From: Elusimicrobiota bacterium
GTDB taxonomy: Bacteria; Elusimicrobiota; Endomicrobiia; CG1-02-37-114; JAHJSO01
DNA: 15,023 bases
Assembly: GCA_043826435.1 (NCBI GenBank)
Contig: JBDRQF010000005.1
Coordinates: forward strand, 1 to 15,023
Reading direction: 5' to 3'
The stretch's first letter is position 1, and the number at the start of each line of letters is the position of its first letter. This document shows positions 8,571 to 15,023 of the stretch, piece after piece. A model generated the notes under the pieces. The model searched no databases, had not been told where the DNA came from, and was given only the letters and a program-made list of their open reading frames with translations. A program made the translations under genes and the position numbers.

Positions 8571-10410
8571 GAATGTGCGGGGTTAGAAATATCAGGAGTT
8601 CGGTCCTGCCCTTCTGGCTTGACGTGTATTTGAACAGATGCCCTAAAATCGGCAGATCCCCGAGTAATGGGATTTTCTGAATGGAATTAATGTCTGTTTC
8701 GCTTATCAGTCCGCCTATCACGATTGTGTCCCCGTCCTTGACCATTACGGTTACCTTTGTTTCGCGCGTCCTGACTGTCGGGGCAGCGCCGCCTGCGGTT
8801 GGGAGAGGAACGCTTACGGTGGGGTTAACTTTGAGCGTAACCCAGCCGTCCGGGCTTATGGTTGGAGTAACAGTCAGTTGGATACCGGCATCCAGATACT
8901 GCCAGGACTCCTGGGATACGCCGCCTGTGCCTATGGTTGTTGTCTTATAAGGGACCTTTTCACCTACGAGTATTGACGCTTCTTTGTTGTTTATTGTGCT
9001 AACCCTCGGGTTTGAAAGGACCTTTGTTTTTCCCTGTGTGGCTAACATTCCAAGCCGTGCGAGGAATGCATCTCTGTTTGTTATATAGCCAAAATTGAAT
9101 ACACCGCCTGAAGTAGGGGCACTTATTACTGAACTAACACCACCACCCTCCACTTTTGCAACTGTCTCTCCCGGCATGGTTAAAGCCAGCCCACCACCCA
9201 ATGCGCCTGACCTTGACATCATCGTTACACCAGAACCGTCCGTTGTCTGTATCTTGTCAAGAGACCAGTTGACCCCTAATTCTGCAAGGTCGTCAATCCG
9301 GACATCAACCACCCTTGATTCAATCATTACCTGTTTTGGCCTGACATCCAGTTCCTTTAATAGTTTTTCCACCATATTAAGCCCGTCAGGTGAGGCAGTG
9401 ACAACAAGGGCATTGGTCTTTACTTCGGGCGAAAGCGATAGTTTCAATCCCTGGGCGCCGAGGGCAGAGGCTATCTGCGATTGGATTTCACCTGCAAGCG
9501 CATAATTGAGCGGATATACCTTTGTGAAACTGATATCCTGCTGTCTTTCAGCAGTAAGTGCGACAGGTGTTATAACCCTTAATATATTGTCGCCTACTGG
9601 TACAGAGGCAAGTCCTTTAAGAGACAATATTGTCCTGAATGCCTGGTCAAAAGGGACGTTCTTCAGTGAAATTGTAAGTGTCCCGGTAACGTCCGTTCCG
9701 TAAATAATATTTATGCCGCTCCTTATAGCCATTACTTGCAGGACGTCCCTGATGTCCGCATCCTGGTATTCAAGCGTAACGGGCGTTTTCGGCAGTACTA
9801 TGCCTGGCGGTTTGGGAGCAGCCGTTTGTTTTTTGACGACGGTTGATTTTTTTGCGGTCTTTGCAATTGTTGTTTTTGGTTTGGAAGTTTCTTTCGGTTT
9901 CTCAACGATTACAGGAGGAGTTGCAGCAGGTGCGGCTGCCGTCGTTCCTGCGGAGGCGACAGCCGTTTCGTCTGTCGCGGCTGTTTTTGTCTCCGCCGTC
10001 TTTGTCTCCGAAGTTTTGGCAGCATCCATCAATAAAACAGTTATTATTGTTTCTTCCTGCGTAGAGCTATAATCAACGGTCTTGGCAAGGTCAAGGACGA
10101 CCCTTGCGATTTTTGTGGGTTCATTCTGGAACTGGGCGCTCCTGATTCTTTTTATTATTTCGCTTTGGACTACCGTTTCTTTTTCTTTTATGTCGTGTTC
10201 GGTATTGAATAATTCTACCACAAGACGGGGAGGGTTCGTAATCCTGAACACATTGTATTTTACCTTGCCCGTGGTTGTTATTTTAAGAACGTTATTTTCA
10301 AGTTTTATGCCTTTCAGGAGGTAAAAATCCGATGCCTCCGCCTTGGCGACAACCGGCCTGGCGGCAACGAGAAACAATGCAGTTAATATCAACAGAAATT
10401 TTTTGTTCAT
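8560..10410 (-). CDS. pilQ: Type IV pilus secretin PilQ
   Basis: Signal peptide; AMIN domain (NPPRLVVEL...IRSAQFQNEPTKIARVVLDL); low-complexity linker; STN/N0 (VTLEYQDADIRDVLQ); KQVMIESRVV; secretin C-domain (VKDGDTIVIGGLI...KIPLLGDLPILGHLF...ELLIFLTPHI). SD GGAGG at 10419-10423; follows pilMNOP. Confidence 0.95.
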   Translation of the reverse strand: MNKKFLLILTALFLVAARPVVAKAEASDFYLLKGIKLENNVLKITTTGKVKYNVFRITNPPRLVVELFNTEHDIKEKETVVQSEIIKRIRSAQFQNEPTKIARVVLDLAKTVDYSSTQEETIITVLLMDAAKTSETKTAETKTAATDETAVASAGTTAAAPAATPPVIVEKPKETSKPKTTIAKTAKKSTVVKKQTAAPKPPGIVLPKTPVTLEYQDADIRDVLQVMAIRSGINIIYGTDVTGTLTISLKNVPFDQAFRTILSLKGLASVPVGDNILRVITPVALTAERQQDISFTKVYPLNYALAGEIQSQIASALGAQGLKLSLSPEVKTNALVVTASPDGLNMVEKLLKELDVRPKQVMIESRVVDVRIDDLAELGVNWSLDKIQTTDGSGVTMMSRSGALGGGLALTMPGETVAKVEGGGVSSVISAPTSGGVFNFGYITNRDAFLARLGMLATQGKTKVLSNPRVSTINNKEASILVGEKVPYKTTTIGTGGVSQESWQYLDAGIQLTVTPTISPDGWVTLKVNPTVSVPLPTAGGAAPTVRTRETKVTVMVKDGDTIVIGGLISETDINSIQKIPLLGDLPILGHLFKYTSSQKGRTELLIFLTPHILED

Positions 10411-10591
10411 TTTTGTTCCCTCCGTGTGTTAACCAATTAGTGTTTTCATAGTCCTTTCCACAAGTTAGCCATTATCTTACAAGTTGGTTGATTACTTTGC
10501 CCTCTCGGACTGACCCCCGGGCGATCTGCTTCAACAATTTTGAAATCAACTCGTGCCCGGATTGTGCCCGGAGCGGTATAATTACTCGGAG

Positions 10592-11053
10592 TTACTTAAT
10601 CTCCCGCAACGAATATGTTTTTGAAAATTTATCTGCGGTCGTGAGCATTACCGACCTTTCTTCTATTTTACCGGTTACACCCGGCACCTTCCTGCTGTTT
10701 ATATCGTATAGAGTGTTGTTCCTTAAAACATAACTCCCCATCGGCGAGAATAAAAGGGCTATCTTATTCTGTTTATCGCGTAATATCCCCTTCAGTTCCA
10801 ATGCGCCGAAGTTTGGCATTTTGCCCTCACCCGTGAGTTCCAGTGAGGTTGACATCTGTCTGGCTGTAGGCATAACAAAAGGGTCACGGTGGACGTCGCC
10901 CTTGTACCTGTAACGGACTTCCACCTTTTGTTCAAGCCCCGTAATGACGGCAGGTGCAGCACGCGGCTGGGTCTCTTCTTTTCTTATATCCTCCTTCCTG
11001 CCGCAGCCGGTTAGCCCGTAAACAATGATGAATAATAATATAAGTATTTTCAT
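10592..11053 (-). CDS. pilP: Type IV pilus lipoprotein PilP
   Basis: Lipobox LTGC after a hydrophobic stretch; RDPF motif; LELKGIL beta domain; located between pilO and pilQ. Confidence 0.8.
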   Translation of the reverse strand: MKILILLFIIVYGLTGCGRKEDIRKEETQPRAAPAVITGLEQKVEVRYRYKGDVHRDPFVMPTARQMSTSLELTGEGKMPNFGALELKGILRDKQNKIALLFSPMGSYVLRNNTLYDINSRKVPGVTGKIEERSVMLTTADKFSKTYSLREIK

Positions 11054-11598
11054 TTTCCGCCCTTAATCATATAGGCAGTCAGCGTGAACGTCCCCGACAA
11101 GTTTTGGGTAGGCAACGTCCCTGACTGCGCCATTGCAACGTCCTTCACTGACATTAACCTTTTTTCCTGTCCTATATCCGAGATAAAGTGCCCTAATGTG
11201 TGAAAACTCGCCTGGTACTGGACGGTTATCGGTATTTCATCGTATTCGGGGGATGCCGTTGTGACTATTGACCGCAGGGCCAGATTTTGGATCTTTATCC
11301 CGAACCGCTCGGCGTTTCGGGAGATTTTTCGTATCAAGTCAGGGATGTCCTTGTTTTTGGGGAGCCGGTCCTGGAGGTCCTTTACTTCCGAATCAAGCAT
11401 TGCGAGTTTTGTCTTGAAAACTTCCATCTGCGCCGCTTCTATTTTTACCTGTTCAATTGTTTGTGTGAGTTCCCGGATCTTCTTTCTTTTTTCGGATATA
11501 CCGCTGTTGACGGGCCCTACAAGAAATTTAAAATAAATGAAGAGGAACACCACAAACCCGATGCCTATGATTATGTATTTTTGTTGTTCTTTTTTCAT
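11050..11598 (-). CDS. pilO: Type IV pilus assembly protein PilO
   Basis: N-terminal TM helix, coiled coil, RLPKNKDIPDLIRKIS, EIPITVQYQASFHTLGHFISDI; operon position. Confidence 0.92.
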   Translation of the reverse strand: MKKEQQKYIIIGIGFVVFLFIYFKFLVGPVNSGISEKRKKIRELTQTIEQVKIEAAQMEVFKTKLAMLDSEVKDLQDRLPKNKDIPDLIRKISRNAERFGIKIQNLALRSIVTTASPEYDEIPITVQYQASFHTLGHFISDIGQEKRLMSVKDVAMAQSGTLPTQNLSGTFTLTAYMIKGGK

Positions 11599-11602
11599 TT
11601 TA

Positions 11603-12157
11603 TTAAAATGTTGTCTTATACTGACACCTTATCTGGAACACGTGAGTTTCCTGCATCCCGGAACCGGAACTTGAAATATTGCCTATTTCAATGGCGCTGA
11701 ACTTTTGTGAACTTTCAAGGTTTGCGATAAAGTCAGCGACCATGAATTTATCAAAAGACATGCAGGACATATTAAGCGTAATTATGTTGGCGCTGCTTGT
11801 TGTATTCAGTGACGTAACCCATACTGCCGGCGGGAGCAAATCAAGAAACTCTTCCATAAACTGCGGATATAACAAGCGGCCTTTCATAAGCGTTTCAATT
11901 ACACCCTTCCTCTTTTCAAGCGTGTCTGCCATGTCTCTTAGGCGTTTTACTTCATCCGCAATATTCTGGTATTTTCTCAATTGCATCTGCAGGCCGTTTA
12001 ATTTCATTGTGACTGTCCTGTCAACGGCGAACCTCGTAAGGAAATACAGCATACCGACCGCCACAAGGACCGAACCCGCGGCCCCGAGCAATATTATTGT
12101 CTTTCTTTTTGCTTCCTTTTCCAGTTCTTCCTGCGGTACAAGGTTTATCTTTATCAT
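11603..12157 (-). CDS. pilN: Type IV pilus assembly protein PilN
   Basis: N-terminal INLVP (INLLP-type PilM-binding motif), TM helix, coiled coil, LPPAVWVTSL, VADFIANLESS. Confidence 0.92.
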   Translation of the reverse strand: MIKINLVPQEELEKEAKRKTIILLGAAGSVLVAVGMLYFLTRFAVDRTVTMKLNGLQMQLRKYQNIADEVKRLRDMADTLEKRKGVIETLMKGRLLYPQFMEEFLDLLPPAVWVTSLNTTSSANIITLNMSCMSFDKFMVADFIANLESSQKFSAIEIGNISSSGSGMQETHVFQIRCQYKTTF

Positions 12158-13290
12158 TTTTCTTTTAATCTTCTTGAAGCCAGCCCGACCGCTATCGCCA
12201 TCTGGTGCGCCTGGTCAGCCGGGATTTCAGTCGTCTTGTTAACCTTCTGGAAAGGGTTGAAGAATTCAACCGGCATTTTCAGTTCCTGGGATAGATATTT
12301 GTCAAGGTTCTTTAACCCGGAGCCGCCGCCTGATAACAGCACCTTATTTATTACCTGCTGTTCCCCCCTCTGCGAATAGAAAAAATCAATTGACCTGTGT
12401 ATCTCGGCAAGCAAATCACGCGCCATGGGTGTAAGTATGTTTGAGATTTGCAGTGCGTCCCTCTCTTCGTTTTTTAACGCCTGTTCCTTGTCCTCGGCTG
12501 TTATAAGAATGCCGTATTTTTTCTTCAATGCCTCGGCGGTGCTGTAGTCGCACTGAAGGCTTTTCTGGATTGCCTTAGTGAAACCGATGCCGCCGATGAA
12601 TATGTCCCTGACAACCCTTGAGGTGCCGTTTTCAAGAATGGTTATGTTGGTCACATTGGCGCCCATGTTCGCCACTAAGACCATTTCGCTCGTTTGAGGA
12701 TCCCGGTTTATTTCATAACTGGATTCAAGGGCGAAGGCGTCAACGTCTATAATTACGGGTGTCAGTCCTGCGTCCCGGAGTATGTCAATCTTTGACTGGA
12801 TTAGGTCCTTCTTTGCAGCCACGAGCACGGTGTCCGTCTTTTTCTGTCCCTCTTCTGTTACTTCCCCCAGAACGTAGAAACCCAAAGTTACCTCTTTGAT
12901 GTCAAAAGGTATGTATGGCTCTGCTTCAAACTGGATGCTCTTTGCAAGCTCCTCTTTTGCTATCCTGGGGAACTTTACATACCGCACGATAACCGAACTG
13001 CCGGATACGGATATTACAACGTTCTTTACGGTTATGTTTTCAATGGATAAATAATTTTTTATTGCAGTGGAGATGGCGAGTTTCTTTTCGTTCGGGTCTA
13101 TTTCCTGCGAGACGGCTTCAACGGGCAGGGGCAGGATTGACCACCTGACGAGGGTCCAATTACCTGGTGAGCCCCTCATGTGCACGACTTTTACCGAGTA
13201 GGAGCCGATATCCATCCCCATCAGGTCAGACGCGCCGAAGAGCGATGAAAAGTCCAAAAAATCAATCTTTGGAAGCTTCGGAAGTTTCAT
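12154..13290 (-). CDS. pilM: Type IV pilus assembly protein PilM (actin-like fold)
   Basis: GMDIGSYSVKVV, IQFEAEPYIPF, VLVAAKKD, IIDVDAFALE, VLLSGGGSGLKNL, AIAVGLA. Confidence 0.95.
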   Translation of the reverse strand: MKLPKLPKIDFLDFSSLFGASDLMGMDIGSYSVKVVHMRGSPGNWTLVRWSILPLPVEAVSQEIDPNEKKLAISTAIKNYLSIENITVKNVVISVSGSSVIVRYVKFPRIAKEELAKSIQFEAEPYIPFDIKEVTLGFYVLGEVTEEGQKKTDTVLVAAKKDLIQSKIDILRDAGLTPVIIDVDAFALESSYEINRDPQTSEMVLVANMGANVTNITILENGTSRVVRDIFIGGIGFTKAIQKSLQCDYSTAEALKKKYGILITAEDKEQALKNEERDALQISNILTPMARDLLAEIHRSIDFFYSQRGEQQVINKVLLSGGGSGLKNLDKYLSQELKMPVEFFNPFQKVNKTTEIPADQAHQMAIAVGLASRRLKEK

Positions 13291-13298
13291 TAAATACT

Positions 13299-13327
13299 AT
13301 GATAACATATTTTTTCGTTTTTGTCAA
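13299..13327 (-). promoter_or_regulatory. sigma70-type promoter of the pil operon with extended -10
   Basis: Minus strand TTGACA (13327-13322, containing the upstream gene's TGA stop), 17 nt spacer ending in TGT, then TATCAT (13304-13299). Confidence 0.75.
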
Positions 13328-14271
13328 GAAATATTTAAAAACTTTTCAATCAGGGGCAGGGTGATAAAGGAACAGAGTGTTCCTATTGCAATGGCGGATG
13401 CGGCGAATTCAGGGTCAGCGGAGTATTTTTTTGAAAGTATATATGTGTTTATAGCGGAAGGCATGCTGGACGCAAGTATCGCCACGCCTGCTGCAGCGCC
13501 TTTCAATCCGAGCAGGGTGGTTATCAGGTAGCCGGATAAAAACCCGCCGAAAATTCTTATCCCGGCCGCCATAGCAGCATCTTTCAGAAACAATGCCTTG
13601 TTTAAGTTAATGTTGTAGCCGACCAGGAGGAGTATCGCCGGCATGGCCGTATCTTTAAGAAAATTATTTAAAGTTATTAAAAACGCCGGCTGAGGGACGT
13701 TTGCGAAGTTCAGCGCCAGACCTGCTATGGATGCATACAGGAACGGTATTCTGAAAATCTCTCCGATGCCCCTGCCGCCTATGAGCCATATCCCGAGCGT
13801 TGAGTTAAAAAATGTGATTACTACGTTATAGATGACGGCATACAGCAGCCCTTCTGAACCGAAGTAATAAGAGTTTATGGGGATGGACAGGTATGCGGAA
13901 TTCATAAAGATTACGGGCAGGCACGTTTTCCTGAACGTTTCCCGGTAACCAGCGCGGCCAGGCACTGCGTTTTGTTTTATACTGTCTTTTATGCTGCCTT
14001 TTATGCTGCCGGCGGATTTCAGACGATACCAGGAAAAAGCCGCAGCGAATCCTGTCCCTGCAAGCAGGACGCCGGTCGCAACAATGCCTATGTTCATTGT
14101 TATCTGGACGTCAACAGGGCTGCCCCATGCAGCGGTCAGGATGAATACGGGTATGAAAAAATAAAGTGCGACGTCTATAAAAGCCCCGATTATTTTTTCG
14201 GACAATAACTTTTGTGAACGAAGTATAAAACCCGCCAGTATGTAAATGAAAATTTTAAGCCAGAGGTTCAT
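13324..14271 (-). CDS. AEC (auxin efflux carrier / malate permease-like) family transporter
   Basis: About 10 TM segments; FMNSAYLSIPI, PFLYASIAGL, PAILLLVG, ILASSMPSAINTYILSKKYSADPEFAASAI. Confidence 0.9.
   Translation of the reverse strand: MNLWLKIFIYILAGFILRSQKLLSEKIIGAFIDVALYFFIPVFILTAAWGSPVDVQITMNIGIVATGVLLAGTGFAAAFSWYRLKSAGSIKGSIKDSIKQNAVPGRAGYRETFRKTCLPVIFMNSAYLSIPINSYYFGSEGLLYAVIYNVVITFFNSTLGIWLIGGRGIGEIFRIPFLYASIAGLALNFANVPQPAFLITLNNFLKDTAMPAILLLVGYNINLNKALFLKDAAMAAGIRIFGGFLSGYLITTLLGLKGAAAGVAILASSMPSAINTYILSKKYSADPEFAASAIAIGTLCSFITLPLIEKFLNIS
13975..14010. repeat. 12-bp in-frame tandem repeat x3 (GSIK GSIK DSIK)
   Basis: TTTTATACTGTC, TTTTATGCTGCC, TTTTATGCTGCC. Confidence 0.9.
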
Positions 14272-15023
14272 TTGTTATGAATGCGGCTACTATTGATGCG
14301 GCTATTATTGATGTGGCAGCCCTCTTTCCGCAGGCGACTGCCTCAACCGCCGTGAGCCCGCCGTTTGCGCAGTCCCCTCCTGCGAATATCCGGGGGTTGG
14401 TTGTCCGGCATGTCTTTTCGTCAATTATGATAAGTCCGTTCTTTGTCTGTATTTTGAATGCATCAGCCATTTTGTTTATAAAAACCGTGTCGGGTTTCTG
14501 CCCGAGTGCTTTCAGAATAATGTCAACCTGGATTAAAAAATCCGAACCGGGGACAGGGACGGGCGAGCGGCGGCCGGACGCATCCTTTTCGCCAAGCGTC
14601 GTCCGGACGCATTTAAGTTCTGATTCTGTCGTAATTTCAACCGGCTGGGTCAGCCACATAAACTCAACCCCCTCTTCAACTGCCGACTCGTATTCATTTT
14701 TCCAGGCAGGCATTTCCTCCGCGGAACGTCTGTATATAACGGTTACGGCTTTTGCTCCCAAACGCTTTGAAGCGCAGGCAGAGTCCATTGCAGTATTCCC
14801 AGCACCTATGACTGCTATTTTCTTTCCGGAAAAATCAATTTTTTCACCGGAGTTCACTCCGGATAAAAAATCCTCCGCAGACAGCACGCATTCCATGTTT
14901 TCTCCCGGGATGTTCAGTTTGTGTGAACCGCCTAACCCGACCCCGATGTACACAAAGTCAAATCCCTGCAGGAGTTGCTCAAAAGGGACGTGTGCGCCGG
15001 CACCGGGTATGAGTGCGCCGGCA
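14255..15023 (-). CDS. FAD/NAD(P)H oxidoreductase of the GltD/PreT/NfnB family (5' end outside the window)
   Basis: IAVIGAGNTAMD, VIYRRSAEEMPA, TTNPRIFAGGDCANG...AVEAVACGKRAA. The frame stays open from 14953 to the window edge (AGALIPGAGAHVPFEQLLQGFDFVYIGVG). Confidence 0.9.
   Translation of the reverse strand, partial: AGALIPGAGAHVPFEQLLQGFDFVYIGVGLGGSHKLNIPGENMECVLSAEDFLSGVNSGEKIDFSGKKIAVIGAGNTAMDSACASKRLGAKAVTVIYRRSAEEMPAWKNEYESAVEEGVEFMWLTQPVEITTESELKCVRTTLGEKDASGRRSPVPVPGSDFLIQVDIILKALGQKPDTVFINKMADAFKIQTKNGLIIIDEKTCRTTNPRIFAGGDCANGGLTAVEAVACGKRAATSIIAASIVAAFITNEPLA
14281..14320. repeat. 15-bp in-frame tandem repeat, about 2.5 copies (AATSI/IAASI/VAA)
   Basis: ATGCGGCTACTATTG, ATGCGGCTATTATTG, ATGTGGC. 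Confidence 0.85.

Noticed and set aside
10554..10582. sigma54 site (GG-N10-GC on minus) and a plus-strand TATAAT
   Set aside because: The sigma54 match lacks the TGG and TTGC context and arises from the 11-bp duplication; the TATAAT has no -35 or TG extension.
11679..12242. 187-aa plus-strand ORF and the other plus-strand ORFs
   Set aside because: Antisense shadows of well-supported minus-strand genes, with no recognisable motifs.
14953..14953. GTG start of the oxidoreductase
   Set aside because: The frame is open to the window edge and the family has a longer N-terminus, so the gene is truncated by the window.

Overview
Bacterial (diderm) window whose 12 credible CDSs all lie on the minus strand. 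In transcription order: a 5'-truncated GltD/PreT-like flavoprotein; an AEC-family transporter; a type IV pilus pilMNOPQ operon continuing, by tight or overlapping junctions, into two O-antigen-ligase/O-oligosaccharyltransferase (Wzy_C + TPR-like) genes and a DPM1-like GT2; then a separately promoted pair, a large secreted modular protein (7-blade propeller, 3 carboxypeptidase-regulatory-like domains, FN3, T9SS type-A-like C-terminal domain) and a PorV/PorQ (UPF0164)-like outer-membrane barrel. Three near-consensus sigma70 promoters are visible, and two of them share a near-identical 24-25 bp block that brackets the cargo/PorV pair. Short in-frame tandem duplications occur in many genes. The gene content resembles Elusimicrobiota, but that is inference only. 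All family calls come from motif recognition by eye; no database search was run.
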